Part shown: positions 1 through 9,748 of the stretch, piece after piece
How positions within the stretch are numbered: position 1 is the first letter of the stretch
How the letters are laid out: the number at the start of each line of letters is the position of its first letter
Assembly (NCBI GenBank): GCA_964456285.1
Contig: CAYWBC010000006.1
Span: 4,035-68,034, forward strand
From: an uncultured Bacteroidales bacterium
GTDB taxonomy: Bacteria; Bacteroidota; Bacteroidia; Bacteroidales; UBA10428
Length of the DNA stretch: 64,000 bases
Reading direction: 5' to 3'
Position numbers and translations under genes: made by a program
Notes under the pieces: model-generated
Database searches by the model: none
The model's input: the letters and a program-made list of their open reading frames with translations, nothing else
What the model was told of the DNA's origin: nothing

Positions 1-16
1 AAAAGTTCAATATATT

Positions 17-2377
17 ATGGAAGATCAAAATATCAAGTTCATTAAATATACACGTATATTATGGATTTTGTTCACATTCCCTTTCATAACTTTCACAATA
101 ATCATTCTATTGGCTCTTACCGGGAATTTAGGATATATGCCTAAAATTGAAGATTTAGAAAATCCTAAAATCAAGCTTGCTACTCAAATTATATCTGCTG
201 ATGGAGAAGTACTTGGTAGTGTTTATTTTGAAAATCAGAATAGAACCCATGTTGATTTTGATCATCTTCCAAAACACCTCGTCGATGCTTTGATTGCTAC
301 TGAAGATGTAAGATTTTACAGGCATTCCGGAATTGATCCTAAGGGATTGGCACGTGCTGTAATATTAACAGGTCTGTTGGGTAGAGAAGGTTCTGGTGGG
401 GGCAGTACAATAACTCAGCAATTTGCTAAATTGTTATTTCATGATCCTGCCCAAACTAAATTGGAGAGACTTAAGCAAAAAATTAAAGAATGGATAATTG
501 CGATTAAACTGGAAAAAGCATATACCAAAGAAGAAATTATTTCTCTCTACTTTAATCAGTATGATTTTTTATACAATGCTGTAGGAATTCATTCTGCTAC
601 CCAGGTTTATTTCAACACCTTGCCTGATTCTCTGAGTATTGAGCAATCTGCAATGCTTGTGGGAATGGCAAAAAACTCAGCTTTGTATAATCCAAAAAGA
701 TTTCCTGAGAAAGCACTGGGGAGAAGAAATATTGTTTTAATGCAAATGGAGAAATATGGATATATCACAAAAGAGGAATATGATTCTTTAAAAGCTTTAC
801 CTCTTGAACTGGATTTTCACAGGTTGAGTCATAATTCAGGCCCGGCAACATATTTCAGGGAATACATCAGAAAAATGATGAGCGCAAACGAGCCGGCAAG
901 AAAGAATTACAGCAATTGGAATTATAAGAAATACCAGGAAGACTCTTTGCAATGGCTTCATAATCCACTTTATGGATGGTGTCGTAAAAATCTTAAACCT
1001 GACGGGGAACCCTATGATTTATATACAGATGGTTTAAGGGTTTATACAACAATTGACTCCCGTATGCAGGAATATGCAGAAGCCGCTGTCAGAAAACAGC
1101 TTGGAGAATATTTGCAGCCCGCATTTTTTAAAGAAAAGAAAGGAAGGAAAAGAGCTCCTTTCTCCGGCGATCTTAAAAATCGGCAGATTGATAATATCAT
1201 TTGGAATGCTATGCGCTATTCTGATAGAGGAATAAGACTTATCAATGCCGGGGTATCTATTGATTCCATTTATAAAGTTTTCAGAGAACCGGTAGAAATG
1301 ACAGTTTTTACATGGCGGGGAGAGGTCGATACTGTTCTAAGCCCTCTTGATTCCATTTTATATTACAAGCATTTTCTTAATTCAGGATTTATGGCTATGG
1401 AACCTCATACGGGTTTTGTAAAGGCTTATGTTGGTGGGATTAATTTTAGATACTTTAAATACGATCATGTTGTACAGGGGAAAAGACAGGCCGGATCAAC
1501 CTTTAAACCCTTTTTGTACATTCTTGCCATGCAGGAGGGTTATTCTCCCTGTCGGGAAGTACCTGTTTCTCCCATTACTTTTTATGTGAATGATACAACA
1601 TGGTCACCAAGAACTACAGCCCGTAAGGAGGATATTAATACTATGAAACCTTTGAAATGGGGGCTGGCAAAATCTGAAAATTATGTTTCTGCCTGGCTGG
1701 TTGATCAGTTCAAACCTCAGTCAATAGCAGATATTGCTTATAAGATGGGAATTAAGAGTTACATTGATCCTGTTCCGGCAATGATTTATGGTACCAGCGC
1801 TATGTCAGTAGAAGAAATGGTGGGAGCCTATACAACTTTTGCAAATGGAGGAGTTCATATCAATCCATTGTATGTTACAAGAATTGAAGATAAACATGGC
1901 AATTTGCTTTCAACATTTATTCCTGAAACGATAGAATCCATAAGTGAAGAAACTGCCTTTCTCATGTTGAATCTCATGCAGGGTGTTACTGAATATGGTA
2001 CTGCTGCACGATTACGTTTCAGGTACAATATGACTGGTGAGATAGCAGGCAAAACAGGTACTACAAATAACAATTCTGATGGCTGGTTTATTGGAATAAC
2101 ACCAAAACTGGTTGCCGGGGGTTGGGTTGGAGGTGAAGTGAGATCAATACATTTCGACAGAACTTCCATGGGCTCCGGAACAAACACTGTGTTGCCTATT
2201 TGGGCTGAATTTATGCTTCAGGTTTATGGCGATTCTACGCTTGCAATTACGCAAGAGGATGTATTTGAAAAACCTGAGGGATTTGATGTTTCATTAGACT
2301 GTAACGATGCGCAATTTTTTAAAGATGCAGATTCAGATGAAAATTATGATGCCCCGGCAATATATGACTCTCCATAA
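17..2377 (+). CDS. mrcA: Penicillin-binding protein 1A (bifunctional transglycosylase/transpeptidase)
   Basis: N-terminal TM; GT51 motifs EDVRF, GGSTITQQ, RKIKE-like, YFN; transpeptidase SxxK (STFK) and KTG motifs. Confidence 0.93.
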   Translation: MEDQNIKFIKYTRILWILFTFPFITFTIIILLALTGNLGYMPKIEDLENPKIKLATQIISADGEVLGSVYFENQNRTHVDFDHLPKHLVDALIATEDVRFYRHSGIDPKGLARAVILTGLLGREGSGGGSTITQQFAKLLFHDPAQTKLERLKQKIKEWIIAIKLEKAYTKEEIISLYFNQYDFLYNAVGIHSATQVYFNTLPDSLSIEQSAMLVGMAKNSALYNPKRFPEKALGRRNIVLMQMEKYGYITKEEYDSLKALPLELDFHRLSHNSGPATYFREYIRKMMSANEPARKNYSNWNYKKYQEDSLQWLHNPLYGWCRKNLKPDGEPYDLYTDGLRVYTTIDSRMQEYAEAAVRKQLGEYLQPAFFKEKKGRKRAPFSGDLKNRQIDNIIWNAMRYSDRGIRLINAGVSIDSIYKVFREPVEMTVFTWRGEVDTVLSPLDSILYYKHFLNSGFMAMEPHTGFVKAYVGGINFRYFKYDHVVQGKRQAGSTFKPFLYILAMQEGYSPCREVPVSPITFYVNDTTWSPRTTARKEDINTMKPLKWGLAKSENYVSAWLVDQFKPQSIADIAYKMGIKSYIDPVPAMIYGTSAMSVEEMVGAYTTFANGGVHINPLYVTRIEDKHGNLLSTFIPETIESISEETAFLMLNLMQGVTEYGTAARLRFRYNMTGEIAGKTGTTNNNSDGWFIGITPKLVAGGWVGGEVRSIHFDRTSMGSGTNTVLPIWAEFMLQVYGDSTLAITQEDVFEKPEGFDVSLDCNDAQFFKDADSDENYDAPAIYDSP

Positions 2378-2378
2378 A

Positions 2379-3740
2379 TTAAGCCTTAAAAATAACTTTT
2401 ATTGCATCCTCGATTTTTGAGCATTGAACTGTTTCAATATCCTTAAAAATAGTTCCTGATTTTCTTTTTGAAAAAGGAGGAATGATTATTTTTTTGAATC
2501 CTAATCTTTCCGCTTCAGAAATGCGCTGTTCCATGCGCGATACTGGCTTAAGTTCTCCCGTCAGGCTTATTTCTCCTGTCAGACAAACACCTTGCCCTAT
2601 TGCTTTATCGAAATTTGATGACAGAATTGCACAGGCCACAGCAAGATCTGTAGCAGTATCCTGTACTTTTAATCCACCTGCTATATTTAAGAATACATCT
2701 TTTGATGCCAGGTTAAAACCTGCTTTTCTTTCAAGCACTGCCAACAGCATGTTCAATCTTTTGTTATCAAAGCCTGTTGAAGTACGCTGAGGTGTGCCGT
2801 ATACTGCCGAACTTACTAATGCCTGTAATTCAATTAAAAATGGACGCATTCCATCAATGACAGATGCTATTGCTACACCGCTTAAGGGATATTTATTATC
2901 GCTTAAAAAAATTTCTGAGGGACTTTTTACTTCATGAAGCCCATCTGGCTCCATTTCAAAAATGGCTAGTTCGGAGGTAGATCCAAAGCGATTTTTGATA
3001 GAGCGTAAAATTCTATAAACGTACTGATGATCCCCTTCAAATTGCAGGACTGTATCTACGATGTGCTCCAGAACTTTAGGGCCGGCAAGCATTCCATCTT
3101 TTGTAATATGACCAATTAAAAAGATAGGAACATGCGTGATCTTTGATAATTTCAGGAGTTGTGCAGCACATTCACGAATTTGAGAAATACTGCCCGGACT
3201 GGAGTCTATTGCATCCGTATATAAAGTTTGGATGGAATCAACAATCAGAAGTTCCGGTTTTTCTTTTTCAAATTGGACAAACAGTTGTTCAAGATTTACC
3301 TCGCAATATACTTTACAAGAAGGATTTGAGCCTTTTAATCTTTCTGCCCTTAATTTTAATTGCTCCGGACTTTCTTCTCCGGAAACATAGAGTACCTTTT
3401 TATCGAATTTTAAAGCTATTTGCAAAGCCAGGGTTGATTTCCCAATTCCTGGTTCTCCCCCAATCAGAATAAGTGAACCCGGTACTATGCCGCCTCCCAG
3501 TAAACGATCTAACTCGTGAATACCGCAGATCATGCGTTCAATTTTATCCGCTTTGATATCATCAATTGAAACAGGAAGTGAGGTTTGCGATTTTGTGACA
3601 ATTGAAGTTGCTGATTTTGATTTTACTATTAATTCTTCAACATAAGTATTCCACTGGTTACATGAAGGGCAGCGTCCAATCCATTTGGCAGAATCTGCTC
3701 CGCAGTTACGACATACATAAACAGTTTTTGTCTTTGACAT
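2379..3740 (-). CDS. radA: DNA repair protein RadA/Sms
   Basis: C4 zinc finger CRNCG..CPSC, Walker A GGEPGIGKST, KNRFG motif, Lon-like C-terminus. Confidence 0.97.
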   Translation of the reverse strand: MSKTKTVYVCRNCGADSAKWIGRCPSCNQWNTYVEELIVKSKSATSIVTKSQTSLPVSIDDIKADKIERMICGIHELDRLLGGGIVPGSLILIGGEPGIGKSTLALQIALKFDKKVLYVSGEESPEQLKLRAERLKGSNPSCKVYCEVNLEQLFVQFEKEKPELLIVDSIQTLYTDAIDSSPGSISQIRECAAQLLKLSKITHVPIFLIGHITKDGMLAGPKVLEHIVDTVLQFEGDHQYVYRILRSIKNRFGSTSELAIFEMEPDGLHEVKSPSEIFLSDNKYPLSGVAIASVIDGMRPFLIELQALVSSAVYGTPQRTSTGFDNKRLNMLLAVLERKAGFNLASKDVFLNIAGGLKVQDTATDLAVACAILSSNFDKAIGQGVCLTGEISLTGELKPVSRMEQRISEAERLGFKKIIIPPFSKRKSGTIFKDIETVQCSKIEDAIKVIFKA

Positions 3741-3753
3741 TTCAGCCGAATGA

Positions 3754-4236
3754 TTATAATTTACTTAGTATGGAAGTAGTAGAATACCCTTCAACAATAT
3801 CAATGGTGATTATTTCTCCTCCTTTTGCCTTGACAATATCAAATCCAACAATTTCATCAGGCTTATAGTCTGCTCCTTTTACAAGAACATCTGGCTGAAT
3901 CTTTTTTATAAGATCATAAGGCGTTTCTTCATCGAATAAAATAACTCTATCAACAAATTGAAGCGAAGCAAGGATCATTGCGCGGGCCTTTTCATCCTGA
4001 ACGGGTCTGCTTTCGCCTTTTAATTTTTGTACAGAATTATCTGTATTTAAACCGATAATTAATACATCACCAGTTGAAGCTGCTTTTGCAAGATACTCAA
4101 TGTGGCCCCGGTGCAAAATATCAAAACATCCATTCGTAAATACTATCTTAAACTCGCGAAAACGCCATAGGGCAAGTATCTGCTCAAGCCTGTCTGGTTC
4201 AATAATTTTTTGAGTAATGATTTCTAGCCTGTCCAT
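3754..4236 (-). CDS. rfaE2: D-glycero-beta-D-manno-heptose 1-phosphate adenylyltransferase (stand-alone RfaE domain II)
   Basis: VFTNGCFDILHRGH cytidylyltransferase motif, GLNTD, LVKGADY, STTSI. Confidence 0.9.
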   Translation of the reverse strand: MDRLEIITQKIIEPDRLEQILALWRFREFKIVFTNGCFDILHRGHIEYLAKAASTGDVLIIGLNTDNSVQKLKGESRPVQDEKARAMILASLQFVDRVILFDEETPYDLIKKIQPDVLVKGADYKPDEIVGFDIVKAKGGEIITIDIVEGYSTTSILSKL

Positions 4237-4313
4237 AGAATATTATTCAAATAGTATTGAAGGTAAAATAACAAAGAAATTGTTGAGAAATGTGAAGGAA
4301 AGTAACAAAATTG

Positions 4314-4664
4314 CTATTTGAGAGAATTTGTTTCAGTATCAGGAAAGATAATTTTCGGCTTAAATGATTTGGCTTCTTCAAAATCAATTGAAGCATAAGA
4401 GATAATGATAATTGTATCTCCAACAGTTACTTTTCTTGCTGCAGGTCCATTCAGGCAAACCTCACCAGAGCCTCGATCTCCCTTTATGACATAAGTCTCA
4501 AGTCGTTCACCATTGTTGATGTTTAAAATATGCACTTTTTCATTTTCAACTAAATTAGCAGCATCCATTAAATCTTCGTCAATAGTAATGCTCCCAACAT
4601 AATGCAAATTGGCTTCAGTAACTTTAACCTGGTGTATTTTTGACTTTATTACCTCGATAAACAT
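4314..4664 (-). CDS. panD: Aspartate 1-decarboxylase
   Basis: [13 protein letters not shown] autocleavage site, [15 protein letters not shown]. Confidence 0.97.
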   Translation of the reverse strand: MFIEVIKSKIHQVKVTEANLHYVGSITIDEDLMDAANLVENEKVHILNINNGERLETYVIKGDRGSGEVCLNGPAARKVTVGDTIIIISYASIDFEEAKSFKPKIIFPDTETNSLK

Positions 4665-4671
4665 AGCAGTG

Positions 4672-4679
4672 CAAATTTA
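4672..4679 (-). promoter_or_regulatory. Putative Bacteroidota -7 promoter element (TAAATTTG) for panD, overlapping the panC stop codon
   Basis: Exact TAnnTTTG match on the minus strand, ending 7 nt before the panD ATG. Confidence 0.5.
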
Positions 4680-5522
4680 CGAAATTAAATCGAAATTATC
4701 TATGAGTCTGATATTACCGGCATAAACTGCTATACAGGCAGTTAGAGGCTCATTATTTGTTATTTTACTAACAGGCACAAGCGTATGTGTATTTACAATT
4801 TCCAAATAATCGAGATTTAGGTGCTTAGTCTTATTTATTCTCTCTTCTGTAAATTTCTGTAATTCTGATATTTCACTATTTTGAATCATCTTTTTGATTT
4901 GCATCAAAGTCTCATAAATCTTTGGTGCTTCGGATCGTTCTTCGTTATGAAGTAAGGCATTCCTGGAACTCATTGCCAATCCGTCTTTCTCTCTTATTAT
5001 TGGGCAGGCAATAATTTCAATGGGGTAATGATAATCCGTAACTAATTTTCTAATGATAGCAAGTTGTTGAAAGTCTTTCTGACCAAAATATGCCCGATGA
5101 GGTTTTACAGCGTCAAATAATTTTGTTACTATCTGTGCAACGCCATTGAAATGCCCGGGTCGCATTCTTCCTTCCATTACTTCTCCCATATGTCCGAAAT
5201 CGAATTTTCTGTTGTCTTTTTCGGGATACATCTCTTTATCATCGGGCAGGAAAACAATATTGCATTTTGCAGATTCTAATAATCCAAGATCTGTTTTTAT
5301 ATCTCGAGGATAATTTTTGAGGTCATTCTTATCGTTGAACTGAGTGGGATTGATATATATACTTGCAAGGTTTATATCGTTTGACTTCACGGATGAATTA
5401 ACCAGAGAAATGTGCCCTTGATGGAGTGCTCCCATTGTTGGAACAAAACCTATTTTGGCTCCCTGGTTTCTGAATTCTTTCAGTAAGCTATCAAGTACGT
5501 GTATATGTTTTGCAACCTGCAT
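4677..5522 (-). CDS. panC: Pantoate--beta-alanine ligase
   Basis: GFVPTMGALHQGH, NPTQF, RPGHFNGV, YFGQKDFQQL, GLAMSSRN, RLIDN. Confidence 0.97.
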   Translation of the reverse strand: MQVAKHIHVLDSLLKEFRNQGAKIGFVPTMGALHQGHISLVNSSVKSNDINLASIYINPTQFNDKNDLKNYPRDIKTDLGLLESAKCNIVFLPDDKEMYPEKDNRKFDFGHMGEVMEGRMRPGHFNGVAQIVTKLFDAVKPHRAYFGQKDFQQLAIIRKLVTDYHYPIEIIACPIIREKDGLAMSSRNALLHNEERSEAPKIYETLMQIKKMIQNSEISELQKFTEERINKTKHLNLDYLEIVNTHTLVPVSKITNNEPLTACIAVYAGNIRLIDNFDLIS

Positions 5523-5535
5523 ATTAAATTTTGTA

Positions 5536-5543
5536 CAAAAGTA
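5536..5543 (-). promoter_or_regulatory. Putative -7 promoter element (TACTTTTG) for panC
   Basis: TAnnTTTG match 13 nt upstream of the ATG. Confidence 0.5.
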
Positions 5544-5669
5544 GTGAATTCAAAAATTGTATATGAATTCAGACACTTAATGGGAGTGATAAAAGGATAT
5601 CTAGCCATATTGCATGATTGCTGAAATAGGTTAGAGCGAGCATATTTAGAGTATTGAATATTTTTTTCG

Positions 5670-5677
5670 TAATTTTG
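5670..5677 (+). promoter_or_regulatory. Putative -7 promoter element (TAATTTTG) for the glgA-like/DUF4270/glmS operon
   Basis: TAnnTTTG match 29 nt upstream of the ATG. Confidence 0.5.
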
Positions 5678-5706
5678 CAACATATTTCGGAAATATTGAG
5701 AATCAG

Positions 5707-6534
5707 ATGGCTAGAAAAAAGATCTTATTTGTCGCGCAAGAAATCACTCCTTACCTTCCCGAAACAGAAATGTCAATCATAGGTCGCAGTCTGCCTCAAG
5801 GTATACAGGAAAGAGGTAAAGAGATAAGAACCTTCATGCCTCGTTATGGATGTATTAATGAAAGAAGGAATCAATTGCATGAAGTTATTCGCTTGTCTGG
5901 AATGAACCTTATAATAGATGATACTGATCATCCGTTAATAATAAAAGTTGCTTCTATTCAAACAGCTCGTATGCAGGTATATTTTATTGATAACGAAGAT
6001 TTCTTTCATCGCAAGCATACACTTACTGATGAGAAAGGGAAGCTATTCAGTGATAATGATGAACGGGCTATATTTTTTGCCCGCGGTGTAATTGAAACAG
6101 TGAAAAAATTGCAATGGTCACCAGATATTATTCATTGTCAGGGTTGGTTTACTAATCTGATACCCTTTTACATTAAAAAATATTACAATGATGATCCTCT
6201 ATTCATGGATTCTCAGGTTGTTACATCAATCTATGATACTGAATTTAACGATGTTCTGGATATAAGGTTAAAGGATAAATTGTCATGGGATAAGCATGAT
6301 CCAAAGGATGTTGAGATAATTAAGGAACCAGACTATGTTAATTTCACTAAGCTTGCCATTAATTATTCTGATGGCATAATTTTTGGAAGTGAAAAAATTA
6401 ATAAAGAATTGAACGATTATGCATCAAAATCCGGAACTTCTGTTCTGGAATATCAATCCGAGGATAATTACTTGGATGCATACTCTAGTTTTTATGATAA
6501 AATTTTAAGTGAAGTAGTCAATGGAGCTGATTAA
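5707..6534 (+). CDS. Glycogen/starch synthase-like protein (N-terminal Glyco_transf_5 domain only)
   Basis: ILFVAQEITPY, FMPRYG, YFIDNEDFF, DNDERAIFF, PDIIHCQGW; 275 aa, no C-terminal GT-B domain. Confidence 0.8.
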   Translation: MARKKILFVAQEITPYLPETEMSIIGRSLPQGIQERGKEIRTFMPRYGCINERRNQLHEVIRLSGMNLIIDDTDHPLIIKVASIQTARMQVYFIDNEDFFHRKHTLTDEKGKLFSDNDERAIFFARGVIETVKKLQWSPDIIHCQGWFTNLIPFYIKKYYNDDPLFMDSQVVTSIYDTEFNDVLDIRLKDKLSWDKHDPKDVEIIKEPDYVNFTKLAINYSDGIIFGSEKINKELNDYASKSGTSVLEYQSEDNYLDAYSSFYDKILSEVVNGAD

Positions 6535-7903
6535 GAAATTCTCACCCAAACGATTTTTAGTCGTTACAATATTCTCATTTTTTTTTCTGTTAATAATTAA
6601 TTCATGCAGTGAAGAGCCATTAAGAATTGGTATTAATTTGCTTCCTGAAGATGAATTATTACAAGTATATGACACAGTACTCACAGTTGAGTTGTATACA
6701 GTCCCTGCAGAACCTTTAATTTCAAGATCGTTGACTTATAACTCACTTGGAAGTATTAATGACCCTGTGATGGGGACATTAAAGACAGATTTTCTTACAG
6801 ACCTTAAACACAATGGAAATGTAAGTTTTAAAGATAGCATTATTGAGGGAAAAATTAGTATCTATAACCTCGAGCTTCAGCTGTATTTTGATTATGTTTA
6901 TGGTGACTCCATGGGATTTGAATTCAACATTTATGAGTTGATTGACTCAATACCTAGTAATGGAAAATCAAATTATGTTGTCCCACTTCAAAAGATAAAT
7001 CCAAATCCTTTAAATATTGGGAATCATGAATTGTTAAATGATACAACGCAGGCTATAAAGGTGATGCTATCAAATGAATTTGCAGAAAAATTCATTGATC
7101 CTCAATTGGTTGAAGATGGAATATATGATACAGATTCTTTGGGTCATGCACTTTTTAAAGAATATTTCAAAGGTTTTTATATTGCAACTGATTTTAGAAA
7201 TTCTGAAGGCGGTGGAATAATAACAGTAAATAATTCTACTTCTAAATTGATTTTAAGAACATTTGAATGGAATGCTGATTCAAATTATAATGATACCATT
7301 GAAAATGCATTTAGCCTGGGTAATCCTGCAATAATATGGAATGAGGATTCAATAGTAAATTTGGGTATGTACCAAAAAACATTTAGCAATGAAGTTGCCA
7401 GTATACTTAATGATACTGTAAACAGCCAGTCATTAGCATATGTTCAATCTTTAACAGGACCAAATGTAATGGTTGAAATGCCAGGCCTTAGAGATTTTCT
7501 TAAAGGATTTGAAGATAACCTGGTAATTCATAAAGCAGAAATAAAACTACCTCTTAACCAAGAGGTATATGATAATGAATACTACAAATCACCCAGTAGT
7601 TTAGGCCTGGTGAATAGTGTGTCTAAAACATATCTGGAAGATGATTTACCCATAACATATTATTTTGGAGGTGGTCTGGACAAGAATAATTACGTATATA
7701 TGTTTAATGTTGGGAATGATTTGAATGAGTTTATGAAGGATGAATCTGATAGTATTAAAAAATATTTACTCTTTCCTTCGAATAGAACTATGCCTGTTAG
7801 CCGAAATGAAATAGTGCCAGGAAGAGTAGTTTTGAATGGGGGGAATAATATTTCTGACCACGCACCGACTTTAAAAATATTTTATTCTTTAATAACCGAA
7901 TAG
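6521..7903 (+). CDS. DUF4270-family lipoprotein
   Basis: Lipobox IINSC, FKGFYI-like motif, position between the glgA-like gene and glmS as is typical in Bacteroidota. Confidence 0.7.
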   Translation: MELIKKFSPKRFLVVTIFSFFFLLIINSCSEEPLRIGINLLPEDELLQVYDTVLTVELYTVPAEPLISRSLTYNSLGSINDPVMGTLKTDFLTDLKHNGNVSFKDSIIEGKISIYNLELQLYFDYVYGDSMGFEFNIYELIDSIPSNGKSNYVVPLQKINPNPLNIGNHELLNDTTQAIKVMLSNEFAEKFIDPQLVEDGIYDTDSLGHALFKEYFKGFYIATDFRNSEGGGIITVNNSTSKLILRTFEWNADSNYNDTIENAFSLGNPAIIWNEDSIVNLGMYQKTFSNEVASILNDTVNSQSLAYVQSLTGPNVMVEMPGLRDFLKGFEDNLVIHKAEIKLPLNQEVYDNEYYKSPSSLGLVNSVSKTYLEDDLPITYYFGGGLDKNNYVYMFNVGNDLNEFMKDESDSIKKYLLFPSNRTMPVSRNEIVPGRVVLNGGNNISDHAPTLKIFYSLITE

Positions 7904-7904
7904 T

Positions 7905-9740
7905 ATGTGTGGAATTGTAGGATATATTGGAGATAGAGAAGCCCTGTCTGTATTGCTTAACGGATTGAAAAGGCTTGAATATAGAGGCTATGATTCAGCC
8001 GGAGTTGCTATTGTGGGAGAAGGAACTTATGTTTACAAATGCAAGGGGAAGGTATCTGATTTGGAAGATCATATTGATGGCAAGGATCATTCAGGAACAA
8101 TTGGTATGGGCCATACCAGATGGGCAACTCACGGTGAACCAAATGATGTTAATGCCCATCCTCACGTATCTTACAATGGGAAATTTATTATTATTCATAA
8201 CGGTATTATTGAGAATTATGCTCGTTTAAGAGATATACTTTCAGAAAGGGGCGTTAAGTTTAAGAGTGAAACTGACACGGAAGTTCTGGCAAATTTAATA
8301 GAATACATTTACGAAAAAGGAGATGTAGATGCTGAAATGGCTGTAAGACTTGCACTATCTAAGGTTATAGGGGCTTATGGACTGGTTGTAATATGCACAG
8401 ATGAAAGAGATAAATTAATTGCTGCTAGAAAGGGATCTCCTCTTGTTATTGGTGTAGGAAATGAAGAATACTTTATAGCTTCAGATGCTACTCCTATTGT
8501 TGAATATACCAAAAGTGTTATTTATCTGAACGATGGGGATGTTGCAGTTATCAGAAAGGAACAATTGAATCTAAAAACTCAACCAAGTGATGATACTACT
8601 ACTACTGTTCAAGAATTGACCTTTGATATCGGAGAAATTGATAAGGGAGGGTATGAACATTTTATGCTTAAAGAAATTTTTGAGCAGCCACAATCTATAG
8701 GAGATACATGTAGAGGGAGGGTTCGATCTGAAGAATCTGAAGTAAGGCTGGGAGGCTTATATGAAGTTTTACCAAAACTAATTGAAGCAAAAAGAATTAT
8801 TATTATTGGCTGTGGAACTTCATGGCATGCAGGCCTAGTTGGAGAATATTTGTTTGAAGATCTTGCCAGAATCTCTGTTGAGGTGGAGTACGCATCAGAG
8901 TTCAGGTATAGAAATCCAATAATAGAAAAAGATGACATAGTGATAGCCATAAGTCAGAGTGGAGAAACTGCCGATACCCTGGCTGCTATTAAGCAGGCTA
9001 AGGAGCAGGGCGCAATTGTATTAGGCATATGCAATGTTGTTGGTTCTTCAATTCCAAGAGAAACTCATGCAGGGGTTTATACTCATGCTGGTCCTGAAAT
9101 AGGCGTAGCTTCTACCAAGGCTTTTACTTGTCAGGTTACAGTATTAGCTATGATGGCCATACTTATAGGACGCAAAAAAGGATTAATTTCTGACAGTAAA
9201 TACAGGGATCTTATCAAAGAATTTACTGAAATTCCTGCAAAAATTAAGATAATTCTGAAGCATAGTAAGAATATAGAGAAAATTGCTGCTCTGTATCAAA
9301 ATGCGAGCAATGCCTTATATCTGGGGCGTGGATATTTGTTTCCGGTTGCATTGGAAGGGGCACTTAAATTGAAAGAAATTTCTTATATACATGCCGAGGG
9401 ATATCCTGCTGCCGAAATGAAGCATGGTCCAATTGCCTTAATCGATAAAAAGATGCCCGTAGTAATTATAGCTACTAAAGATTCTTCCTACGAAAAAATA
9501 GTTAGCAATATTCAGGAGGTAAAGGCAAGAAATGGAATTGTTATTGCAGTTGTTACTGAAGGGGATGCTGTAATACGTAAAATGGCAGATCATGTGGTTG
9601 AAATACCAGAAGCTGTAAATGTTTTTGCAGCATTACTATCAGTAGTACCTCTTCAGCTATTCTCATACTATATTGCTGTATTAAGAGGCTGTAATGTTGA
9701 CCAGCCAAGAAATTTGGCCAAATCTGTTACAGTTGAATAA
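7905..9740 (+). CDS. glmS: Glutamine--fructose-6-phosphate aminotransferase (isomerizing)
   Basis: MCGIVG N-terminal Cys, EYRGYDSAG, GHTRWATHG, SQSGETADT, C-terminal PRNLAKSVTVE. Confidence 0.99.
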   Translation: MCGIVGYIGDREALSVLLNGLKRLEYRGYDSAGVAIVGEGTYVYKCKGKVSDLEDHIDGKDHSGTIGMGHTRWATHGEPNDVNAHPHVSYNGKFIIIHNGIIENYARLRDILSERGVKFKSETDTEVLANLIEYIYEKGDVDAEMAVRLALSKVIGAYGLVVICTDERDKLIAARKGSPLVIGVGNEEYFIASDATPIVEYTKSVIYLNDGDVAVIRKEQLNLKTQPSDDTTTTVQELTFDIGEIDKGGYEHFMLKEIFEQPQSIGDTCRGRVRSEESEVRLGGLYEVLPKLIEAKRIIIIGCGTSWHAGLVGEYLFEDLARISVEVEYASEFRYRNPIIEKDDIVIAISQSGETADTLAAIKQAKEQGAIVLGICNVVGSSIPRETHAGVYTHAGPEIGVASTKAFTCQVTVLAMMAILIGRKKGLISDSKYRDLIKEFTEIPAKIKIILKHSKNIEKIAALYQNASNALYLGRGYLFPVALEGALKLKEISYIHAEGYPAAEMKHGPIALIDKKMPVVIIATKDSSYEKIVSNIQEVKARNGIVIAVVTEGDAVIRKMADHVVEIPEAVNVFAALLSVVPLQLFSYYIAVLRGCNVDQPRNLAKSVTVE

Positions 9741-9748
9741 GCTTGTTT

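Noticed and set aside
7895-7907. glmS ribozyme
   Set aside because: glmS starts 1 nt after the DUF4270 stop, so there is no leader to hold it.
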